A DNA stretch of 25,671 nucleotides, taken from positions 1-25,671 of the forward strand of contig JAUVYZ010000001.1 in the NCBI GenBank assembly GCA_030602845.1. The letters run 5' to 3'. The notes below the pieces were generated by a model, which saw only the letters and a list, made by a program, of their open reading frames with translations, searched no databases and was not told the origin of the DNA. Each line of letters opens with the position of its first letter. Position 1 is the first letter of the stretch. This DNA comes from Phycisphaerae bacterium. GTDB taxonomy: Bacteria > Planctomycetota > Phycisphaerae > Sedimentisphaerales > Anaerobacaceae. This document shows positions 17,669-24,629 of the stretch, piece by piece. The position numbers were made by a program, and so were the translations under genes.

Positions 17669-19514
17669 AAAGACTCATCGGCTCGTGGCGTCGGCTGTGC
17701 CGGCGATAAATCGTAATCCCTTTACAGCCAAGCTGATAGGCCAATTTGTAGGCCTTATCGACGGCGGCAACGGTGGCCTTTTCGCTGAAATTTATGGTCT
17801 TGCTGACCGCTGCGTCACAGTGCTCCTGGAAAACCGCCTGCATTTTGATATGCCATTCCGGCTTGATGTCGTAGGTGCATCTGAAAATTCTACGCACGCT
17901 GGAGGGAATTTTGCTGATTTTTTGAATACTGCCGGTTTCGGCAATCTGTTTTTCCAGCTCTTTGCTGTAAAAGCCGGCTTTTTGGGCTATTTGCTTGAAA
18001 ATCGGGTTTATTTGCAGCATTTTTGAGCCGTCTAATATCCGGCGGACGAACACGGGCGAATAGGCCGGCTCAATTCCGGAAGAACAGTTCGCAATTATGC
18101 TTATCGTACCGGTCGGGGCCACGCACGTAATAGAAGCATTGCGGACCTTTTGATTTCTTTCGGTTCGCCAGATGCTGTCATTCCAGTTTGGAAAAGGCCC
18201 TCGCGAATTGGCAAGCTCGGTGCTGGCCTCGCGTGCTTTTTTGTTAATAAACTCCATAAGCGTCGACCCAAATTCGATGCCCTGTTGCGAATCGTAAGGT
18301 ATCTTGAGCAGAAACAGGCAGTCGGCAAAGCCCATAACGCCCAGGCCGATTTTGCGATTTCCCTGGGCCAGGCGGACGGTGTCTCTGACCGGATAATTGC
18401 AGACGTCGATAATATTGTCGAGAAATCGCACGGCCAATTTGACGGTCTTGGCCAGTGCGGGCCAATCCATATCAGCTTTGCCGTCGGTAAATGCTACGAA
18501 TTTTGCAATATCGATACTGCCTAAGGTGCAGGCCTCGAAGGGAAGCAAAGGCTGCTCGCCGCAGGGATTGGTTGCTTCTATTCGGCCCAGCGAAGGTGTC
18601 GGATTGTCACGGTTGATTCGGTCGATAAAGACTACGCCGGGCTCCCCGCTGTTTGCAGCACACTTGATGATGGTTTCCCAGATGTCACTGACGGTGTAGA
18701 ACTGGCCTGCCTGCGCGGAGGTCAGCACCTGTTTGCCGGTTAGCTTATGCAAATCGTTTATTGTGTAGCTTGCAATATCAATTCGACGCGGCAATAAATA
18801 CCTCTGTTGCGTGCGAGGATTTTTGACAATGTTCAAAGACTTGCCCGATGTAGTCAGGGTTTCCATCCAGTTGTCGGTGATTTTGACGGAGATATTGAAG
18901 TTGGTAAAGGCCTTTAAGTTCTGTTTGGCGTGCAGAAATTTTAAGATGTCGGGGTGTTCGACGCTCATCATCCCCATATTCGCACCGCGGCGAAAAGCGC
19001 CCTGCTGAATTGCATCGGTAGTCTCGGAAAAGACGCGCCAAAAACTTATCGGCCCTGACGTTGTCCCCCCGCTTGAGGCGATGCGGTCTCCTGTGGGTCT
19101 TAATTTATCTAAGGAAAATCCTGTGCCGCCGCCGGCCTTTTGAATCAGGGCGGTCTGCTTAATCGTTTCGAATATCGCTTCTATACTGTCTTCTATCGGC
19201 AGCACAAAGCAGGCGCTGAGCATTCCGCTGGGCCGATTGGCGTTCATAAGGGCGGGGGAATTGGGCAAAAATTTCAGTGAGGCCATTAAATCGTAAAATT
19301 TTCTGTGCCAGCCTTTGACTTCGGTGTGGGTGGCTCCGTATTTGGCTTCGGCCTCGGCTATCAGCGACGCCACCCTGCTGAAGAGCTGGGCCGGCGTTTC
19401 GATGCACTTGCCCTGGTGGTCTTTGATTAGATACCGGCTTTGCAGAACGGTCAAAGCATTTTTGCTGAGAGCTGGTGCCTCTCCGGACGGCGATATTATA
19501 TTGAACTCAACCAT
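17664..19514 (-). CDS. nrdJ: Class II (adenosylcobalamin-dependent) ribonucleotide reductase, NrdJa-like, without ATP cone or C-terminal Cys domain
   Basis: FLPNSPALMN, LSACFV, GGGTG, RRGANMG, ATNPCGEQPL, EACTLGS, RKIGLGVMG, VAPTGTIS, AVSKTIN, KGITIYR. Confidence 0.92.
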   Translation of the reverse strand: MVEFNIISPSGEAPALSKNALTVLQSRYLIKDHQGKCIETPAQLFSRVASLIAEAEAKYGATHTEVKGWHRKFYDLMASLKFLPNSPALMNANRPSGMLSACFVLPIEDSIEAIFETIKQTALIQKAGGGTGFSLDKLRPTGDRIASSGGTTSGPISFWRVFSETTDAIQQGAFRRGANMGMMSVEHPDILKFLHAKQNLKAFTNFNISVKITDNWMETLTTSGKSLNIVKNPRTQQRYLLPRRIDIASYTINDLHKLTGKQVLTSAQAGQFYTVSDIWETIIKCAANSGEPGVVFIDRINRDNPTPSLGRIEATNPCGEQPLLPFEACTLGSIDIAKFVAFTDGKADMDWPALAKTVKLAVRFLDNIIDVCNYPVRDTVRLAQGNRKIGLGVMGFADCLFLLKIPYDSQQGIEFGSTLMEFINKKAREASTELANSRGPFPNWNDSIWRTERNQKVRNASITCVAPTGTISIIANCSSGIEPAYSPVFVRRILDGSKMLQINPIFKQIAQKAGFYSKELEKQIAETGSIQKISKIPSSVRRIFRCTYDIKPEWHIKMQAVFQEHCDAAVSKTINFSEKATVAAVDKAYKLAYQLGCKGITIYRRHSRRHEPMSLY

Positions 19515-19532
19515 AAAAACAACCCTAACTTT

Positions 19533-19642
19533 AAAAATGAAAAACGTAAAACGAAAAATGTAAAACCATAATTTAAAATTCGAAACTTATTCAACTTTAA
19601 GTTTTACGCTATGGTTTTTAGTTTTTAGCTTTTAGTTTTTAG
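19533..19642. repeat. Opposed pair of 7-bp-period arrays
   Basis: Left AAAAATG AAAAACG TAAAACG AAAAATG TAAAACC; right TTTTTAG TTTTTAG CTTTTAG TTTTTAG. Inverted matches CGTAAAAC/GTTTTACG and AAAACCATA/TATGGTTTT. Confidence 0.75.
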
Positions 19643-19839
19643 CTTCTTTTAAGCCATCTGAACCGAAAGACGTCACGAATCCTTTCAGTAAATCGGATTC
19701 CCAGACGCTGCGTGCTGGTCTTGAAATCGGCGCGTTGCAAATCGTCAACAGTTGGCCTGGCCGGCGATTTGCCGAATATCGACAATAATCCCCCCGCCAA
19801 AAATCCGAGAGCCGAACCTATTTTAGTGCGAGCAGACAT
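19639..19839 (-). CDS. Small basic hypothetical protein
   Basis: 66-aa ORF filling the gap between two repeat arrays. Plausible composition, no SD, -10-like AATAAT 7 nt upstream of ATG. Confidence 0.65.
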   Translation of the reverse strand: MSARTKIGSALGFLAGGLLSIFGKSPARPTVDDLQRADFKTSTQRLGIRFTERIRDVFRFRWLKRS

Positions 19840-19843
19840 TCAA

Positions 19844-19885
19844 TTGATTATTGATTATTGATTATTTTCTATTGATTATTGATAA
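19844..19885. repeat. TTGATTA heptamer array (6 units)
   Basis: TTGATTA x3, TTTTCTA, TTGATTA, TTGATAA. Confidence 0.85.
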
Positions 19886-19918
19886 TCTGTTTTCCAATTA
19901 TTATTCGTCGGTTAGCAA

Positions 19919-20500
19919 TTACCTTTGCACCGCCAATTTTAAGCGGGCTAATAACTCTTCGCCGGTGCGGCTTATCGATTCGAATTTGCCGAATAATTGA
20001 TGCCTTTCCAGAATCTCCGGCTCGTAATCGTAATATCTCTGGACCGCCTCGATGCCGGCTTCTGCGGCGCCGCTGGTTTTATACTCGCCGTCTGAGAGCC
20101 AGGAGCTTACTTCGTCATCATACTCGGCGGGATAAATAAGTGCCACAGTAAATTTGTCGTTGTTATATTTAGCCAAGTGCACCCTGGCCCGGCAGGGAGA
20201 AGCGGCCTTGACAGCTAAATTAACGAGCGTTTTGAAATCCCGCCTGGCGGTTTCGAGCTCACTCGAATAAAAGAACATCCCGGCCTCAAGCTGGAAAGTT
20301 TCCGCCCGGACGCCTTTTAGTTCGAGTTTGCCGTCGGGGTAGGCCTTGTGTATCTTATAGACTTTGCCGTCCTTGTATTTCTCGCTTTCCAGAAGCTCAG
20401 CCACCTCTTCGGCGGTAAAGCCGACGCCTGCGTGGTCGCCGAAGTCGAAGATATACAGGCCGACGTATTTTTCAGGTTTTTCAAGTTTCGGTAGTTTCAT
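19919..20500 (-). CDS. Hypothetical cytoplasmic protein (193 aa)
   Basis: Start reassigned to MKLPKL (ATG 20500); the 21 upstream codons derive from a 9-bp repeat. TATAAT lies 9 nt upstream. No family recognised. Confidence 0.8.
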   Translation of the reverse strand: MKLPKLEKPEKYVGLYIFDFGDHAGVGFTAEEVAELLESEKYKDGKVYKIHKAYPDGKLELKGVRAETFQLEAGMFFYSSELETARRDFKTLVNLAVKAASPCRARVHLAKYNNDKFTVALIYPAEYDDEVSSWLSDGEYKTSGAAEAGIEAVQRYYDYEPEILERHQLFGKFESISRTGEELLARLKLAVQR

Positions 20501-20517
20501 AGTTCTTTTATTATACC

Positions 20518-20646
20518 CACGGATTTCACGGATTGCACGGATTTTTTTAGACGCAGATTTCACCCCGTTAGAATTTTTTTTTGCTTTTTGTCGGATATTT
20601 TTATCCCTATGGAATTTCTAACGGGGTAAACGGATTGCACGAATCT
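20518..20646. repeat. 9-bp array interrupted by a 66-bp inverted-repeat element
   Basis: CACGGATTT CACGGATTG CACGGATTT .. CGCAGATTT, then ACCCCGTTAGAA...TTCTAACGGGGT (20562-20627), then AACGGATTG CACGAATCT. Confidence 0.8.
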
Positions 20647-20696
20647 TTATTTTTTGCCACAAAGGCACCAAGACACCAACCCCGAATCAAATAAAA

Positions 20697-20799
20697 CCTG
20701 CGGTAAAACCGCAGGCTAAATATAGATTGCCGCGTCCACCTTGGGCGGACTCGCAATGACGATTTTTATAATAGATTCCTCAACTGCGCTCGCAATAAC
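20697..20799. repeat. Bipartite REP-like element plus a second degenerate ...CTCGCAAT unit
   Basis: CCTGCGG-TAAAA-CCGCAGG-CTAAA, then TATAGATTGCCGCGTCCACCTTGGGCGGACTCGCAATGAC, then ATAGATTCCTCAACTGCGCTCGCAATAAC. Confidence 0.7.
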
Positions 20800-20845
20800 G
20801 AGAGGAAAAGGGCAGTGTTAATCCCTGTCTAAATAATACCGTCGG

Positions 20846-21895
20846 TCAGTTTGAGTGTTTTATGTATTTTTCTGCACCGGTGGTTTTGATAAGCTTATAC
20901 TTGGGCTGCGAGGAAATTAAAATCGCCTCGGTATCCGGTATTGTCTCGATTAAGGCAAGGCCTTTTTCCGCCCCCATCACGCTCACCGCCGTCGCTAAAG
21001 CATCAGCATCAGTTGCACTGTTCGCGATAATGGTCACGCTCGACAAACCTTGCGCACCTGCTGCCGTCTTACGGTCTATAATATGGCTGTGCCGTTTACC
21101 CTCGACCAAAATAAACTGCTGATAATCACCGCTCGTCGCAACCGCTCCGTTTACTAATTTCAGCTTTAACAAAAGCTCACCGCCGCCAATACCCTCTACG
21201 GCTTTGCTCGGGTCCTGCAGTCCCACCAGCCAACTATCCTTGCGCCCTGCAGGAACACCAAAACACCGAATATCACCGCCAATGTCAACCATTCCCCCGG
21301 CGGCCCCGCTTCTTTGCATTGCTTCAATTGCCTTATCAACTGCGTATCCTTTTGCTATCCCGCCTAAATCTATTCTCATCCCCTCTACCGCAAACCGCAC
21401 GCTCATTTCGTTCGCATCGAGTATAAGTTTTTCGTAGCCGACCCTGGAGCGAGCTGCAGCCAGCTCGTTATCACTCGGAACCGAATTTGCTTCGGCTGCC
21501 GAACGCCACAGATCCACCAAAGGCCCAACCGTTACATCAAAAGCGCCACCGGTAAGTTTGCTGAACTCGACGCTTCTCTGCAGAACTTCGTATGTTGACC
21601 TGCTGACTCTGACTGCTCTCTCAAAACCGTCCCGGTTTACCTCGCTTATTTCCGAATCGCTCTTGTAGTCGCTCATCAGCTCATCGACCTTTTCGATTTC
21701 CACAAGAGCGGCCTCGATACATTTCTTAGCTGTGCTCGAATCCGCCGCAACGGCAACGACCCGTGCGAATGTCCCCATAACCAGTTGATGGCCGCTGTCG
21801 GCCTCAACTCGCGCCTTGGGCCAAAAATACAACGCAGCAATTAAACAGACGCCAACGATGATTCCAATAGTAATCCGGGTATTTTGCTTATTCAT
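20846..21895 (-). CDS. apbE: FAD:protein FMN transferase (ApbE family)
   Basis: MGT, SEISEVN, GAFDVTVGPLVDLW, IDLGGIAKGYAVD, VDIGGD, VATSGDY, HIID, ADALATA. N-terminal membrane anchor; start at MNKQN (AAGGG SD). Confidence 0.92.
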   Translation of the reverse strand: MNKQNTRITIGIIVGVCLIAALYFWPKARVEADSGHQLVMGTFARVVAVAADSSTAKKCIEAALVEIEKVDELMSDYKSDSEISEVNRDGFERAVRVSRSTYEVLQRSVEFSKLTGGAFDVTVGPLVDLWRSAAEANSVPSDNELAAARSRVGYEKLILDANEMSVRFAVEGMRIDLGGIAKGYAVDKAIEAMQRSGAAGGMVDIGGDIRCFGVPAGRKDSWLVGLQDPSKAVEGIGGGELLLKLKLVNGAVATSGDYQQFILVEGKRHSHIIDRKTAAGAQGLSSVTIIANSATDADALATAVSVMGAEKGLALIETIPDTEAILISSQPKYKLIKTTGAEKYIKHSN

Positions 21896-21918
21896 AAAAA
21901 CCCTTTCCACGGCAAGAT

Positions 21919-21968
21919 TTGATAATTGATAATGAAACGATAATCAATAGAAAATAATCAATAATCAA
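21919..21968. repeat. Opposed heptamer arrays in a divergent promoter region
   Basis: TTGATAA TTGATAA ... TAATCAA TAGAAAA TAATCAA TAATCAA. 21940-21968 is the exact reverse complement of 19851-19879. Confidence 0.85.
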
Positions 21969-21976
21969 CTTATAAT
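21948..21976 (+). promoter_or_regulatory. Probable leaderless promoter of the radical SAM gene
   Basis: TAGAAA (21948-21953), 17 nt, TATAAT (21971-21976), 6 nt, GTG start; no SD. Confidence 0.5.
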
Positions 21977-21982
21977 GCCGTT

Positions 21983-23806
21983 GTGAATAAAAGAGAAGTA
22001 ACAATATTGGCCGAGCAGGTCGAGCGGGAGTTTCTGCCGTTTGTTCGCAGGCCCGGCAGATACATCGGCGGCGAGATAAACCAAATCAAAAAAGACCTCA
22101 ACCAATGCCGCCTCACCGTCGCACTGTGCTTTCCCGATATTTACGAAGTGGCAATGTCCTATACGGGCCTGGCGATTATTTACGATATTCTCAACACAAT
22201 CGAAGGCGTGGCCGCTGAGCGGGTCTTTGCGCCCTGGATTGACGCTGAAGAGGTTCTGCGCCGGAAAAAAATCCCGCTATTTAGTCTCGAATCCAGAGCG
22301 GCGGTAAAAAGTTTTGATATCGTCGGCTTTAGCTTAACCAGCGAGCTTTGCTATAGCAATGTGCTCAATATGCTCGACCTGGCTCATCTGAATATCCGAA
22401 GCGCTGCTCGGGACGAAAATGACCCCTTGATAATCGTGGGCGGCGGTATGGCAAACTGCTGCGAACCTATGGCTGAGTTCATCGACCTGTTCCTGCTCGG
22501 CGAAGGCGAAGAAGCTGTAGTTGAGCTGATACAACTGATTAAGCGAAAGAAAAAAGCCGGGGCGACAAAAAAGGAAATCCTTTTCTGCGCCGCCAGGAAA
22601 TTCGACTGGGCTTATGTCCCGGCTCTTTACAAATTCGAAGTAGACAGCCCAATACGCAATACGCAATGCGCAATACGAACTCAGCCGGTTTTCCCCGATT
22701 TGCCCAGGCAATTCAAAAACGCCGTTGTCGAAGATTTTGAAAACGCCGCCGCTCCGCTTCGCCCGATAGTGCCATTTACCCAGGCCGTCCACGAACGAGT
22801 CAGCGTTGAGATTATGCGCGGCTGTCCGGGCCGATGCAGATTTTGCCAGGCCAGCTTTTGCAGAAGGCCTGTTCGCTGCCGCGGCGTCGAAAAAGTTGTC
22901 AGTTTAGCGAAGGCCTGTTACCACGCAACAGGATTCGACACGGTCAGTCTGCTGAGCTTATCGACCGCCGATTATCCAAAGCTCGAAGAATTAGTCGCCG
23001 CTCTGCAGGAATATTTTCAAGACAAGTATGTCGGCCTGTCACTGCCGAGTTTGCGCGTCGACCGCCAGCTAAAACTACTTCCCAAATTGCTGACTTCGGT
23101 AAGAAAAAGCGGTCTGACAATTGCCGTTGAAGCGGCGAGCGAAAAATTAAGACAGATTATCAACAAGCCCTTAAAAGACGAGGATTTGTTTGCCGGGGTG
23201 GAGGCAGCGTACCGGGCCGGATGGCAAAAATTAAAACTCTACTTTATGGTCGGTCTGCCCGGCGAGACTACAGAGGATGTAAAACGGATTGCAGGATTGT
23301 CTTATCAATTAGCCAAACTGCGAAAAGAAATAGACGGCAAAACAGCGCAAATCAATATTACCATAAGTTGGCTTGTGCCTAAGCCGCATACGCCGTTCGG
23401 CTGGCTCGGGCAAAAGCCAAAAGCATATTTCGAGAACGCAAAACAGTTAATACTTGAGGAGAAAAGAAAACTGCGCGCTAAATTCCTGCAGTTTAAGTTC
23501 CACGATATAAATCGCAGCGTACTGGAATCGGCAATAGCGCGGGGTGACAGACGGCTATGCAACGTTATCGAGGAGGCCTGGCAAGACGGTACAAGATTCG
23601 ATTTGTGGGACGAATGCTTCAACTATGAAATCTGGCAAAAGGCCTTTGAAAAGTTTGGAATGGATGTTGAAGTGCTCGCACAAAGGCAATTCGGCCCTGA
23701 CGAAATTCTGCCCTGGGACCATCTCGGCGGGCCTGAGAAAAAGTATCTGCTTGGCCATTTGGATGAGGCAATAAAGAAAGCGAAAAGAAAAACGACCGCC
23801 AAATAA
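21983..23806 (+). CDS. Radical SAM protein, TIGR03960-like (uncharacterised)
   Basis: RPGRYIGGEIN, FPDIYEVAMS, ERVFAPW, EIMRGCPGRCRFC (CxxxCxxC), KLYFMVGLPGET, VPKPHTPF, FDLWDE, LPWDH. Confidence 0.9.
   Translation: MNKREVTILAEQVEREFLPFVRRPGRYIGGEINQIKKDLNQCRLTVALCFPDIYEVAMSYTGLAIIYDILNTIEGVAAERVFAPWIDAEEVLRRKKIPLFSLESRAAVKSFDIVGFSLTSELCYSNVLNMLDLAHLNIRSAARDENDPLIIVGGGMANCCEPMAEFIDLFLLGEGEEAVVELIQLIKRKKKAGATKKEILFCAARKFDWAYVPALYKFEVDSPIRNTQCAIRTQPVFPDLPRQFKNAVVEDFENAAAPLRPIVPFTQAVHERVSVEIMRGCPGRCRFCQASFCRRPVRCRGVEKVVSLAKACYHATGFDTVSLLSLSTADYPKLEELVAALQEYFQDKYVGLSLPSLRVDRQLKLLPKLLTSVRKSGLTIAVEAASEKLRQIINKPLKDEDLFAGVEAAYRAGWQKLKLYFMVGLPGETTEDVKRIAGLSYQLAKLRKEIDGKTAQINITISWLVPKPHTPFGWLGQKPKAYFENAKQLILEEKRKLRAKFLQFKFHDINRSVLESAIARGDRRLCNVIEEAWQDGTRFDLWDECFNYEIWQKAFEKFGMDVEVLAQRQFGPDEILPWDHLGGPEKKYLLGHLDEAIKKAKRKTTAK
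22651..22678. repeat. Heptamer array inside the radical SAM CDS
   Basis: AATACGC AATACGC AATGCGC AATACGA, translated as IRNTQCAIR. Confidence 0.8.
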
Positions 23807-23852
23807 ATTTGGGGGCGGAGCCATCCCCAGGCTGCGCTTGAGGCTGCCACCC
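23796..23852. repeat. Palindromic elements in a convergent gap (possible bidirectional terminator)
   Basis: CCGCC/GGCGG enclosing CCAAAT-AA-ATTTGG over the stop codon, then the imperfect hairpin CCCCAGGC-TGC-GCTTGAGG. Confidence 0.5.
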
Positions 23853-23859
23853 AACGATT

Positions 23860-24570
23860 TTATGGTGTGGTTTTATATTTTGCGTTTTTCCTCATTCCTG
23901 ACGGCAAATCCAGGCCGCTACGGCCTTTCGCTTCTTTGAAATCCACTATAATCTTAGTCGCTTGCTGTGGGTCATCGACGACTGTAAAGACATCCATATC
24001 TTCGGGGGAAATATGACTGTGTTCTTTTAGCATCTTTTGCTTCATCCACTCAATCAAGCCATCCCAGTAGTCACTGCCCATCAAAACCACGGGGAAAAAC
24101 GCCTGCTTTAATGTTTGAATCAACACCAGCGATTCGAAAAACTCATCCATAGTCCCATAACCGCCGGGGAAAACTATAAAGCCGTGGGCATATTTCAGGA
24201 ACATCACCTTGCGGCAGAAGAAATACCTGAAATGCAGCGACAGATTCTGGTATTTGTTTGGTATTTGCTCCAACGGTATTTCAATATTGAGGCCGATGCT
24301 TCTACCGCCCGCTTCTGCAGCGCCTTTATTTGCCGCTTCCATAATCCCGCCCCCGCCGCCGGTTATTACGGCAAATCCGGCTTTTGCTATTTCCGATGCG
24401 GTCTCCTGGGCAAGTTTATAATACCGCTGGTCCGGCTTTGCGCGGGATGAGCCGAAAAACGACACGGCAGGGCCTATGGAAGCAAGCTCCTCAAAGCCCT
24501 CGGTGAACTCAGCCATTACCTTGAATATCCGCCAGAGGTCTTGCACCGGACTTTCAATCATATCCATCAT
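23860..24570 (-). CDS. LOG family (TIGR00730) nucleotide phosphoribohydrolase-like protein
   Basis: FFGSSR, ITGGGGGIMEAANKGA, GLNIEIPLEQIPN, FRYFFCRKVMF, PGGYGTMDEFFE; GGAGAG SD. Confidence 0.92.
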   Translation of the reverse strand: MMDMIESPVQDLWRIFKVMAEFTEGFEELASIGPAVSFFGSSRAKPDQRYYKLAQETASEIAKAGFAVITGGGGGIMEAANKGAAEAGGRSIGLNIEIPLEQIPNKYQNLSLHFRYFFCRKVMFLKYAHGFIVFPGGYGTMDEFFESLVLIQTLKQAFFPVVLMGSDYWDGLIEWMKQKMLKEHSHISPEDMDVFTVVDDPQQATKIIVDFKEAKGRSGLDLPSGMRKNAKYKTTP

Positions 24571-24591
24571 ATAAAAAACTCTCCTTCAATA

Positions 24592-24626
24592 TCGTATCTC
24601 GCGGCTCGTATTTCGCTTCACGATTC
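24592..24626. repeat. Heptamer array between nth and the LOG gene
   Basis: TCGTATC TCGCGGC TCGTATT TCGCTTC ACGATTC. Confidence 0.7.
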
Positions 24627-24629
24627 ACT

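Noticed and set aside
17600-17700. Frameshifted continuation of nrdJ into an NrdJb domain
   Set aside because: Sequence after the stop is repeat DNA, and I saw no Cys-pair or TSCPD-like residues in it.
17225-17716. 163-aa plus-strand ORF (and the 72-aa minus ORF 17353-17571) across the secA/nrdJ gap
   Set aside because: Overlaps both flanking genes and consists of translated repeat ends (SPVRN, FLTG, SNG); no SD or domain.
19515-19640. Cobalamin riboswitch upstream of nrdJ
   Set aside because: The region is very AT-rich low-complexity repeat with no B12-box or GGGAA elements.
20501-20563. N-terminal extensions given by the ORF track (also glyA 1776-1829, GH 4491-4553, efp 13112-13132, apbE 21896-21910)
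   Set aside because: They translate repeats or intergenic hairpins; downstream ATGs have better SD, -10 or signal-peptide context.
20846-21895. apbE as part of a local flavinylation system
   Set aside because: No FMN-binding or Rnf/Nqr substrate gene in the window; stand-alone apbE is common.
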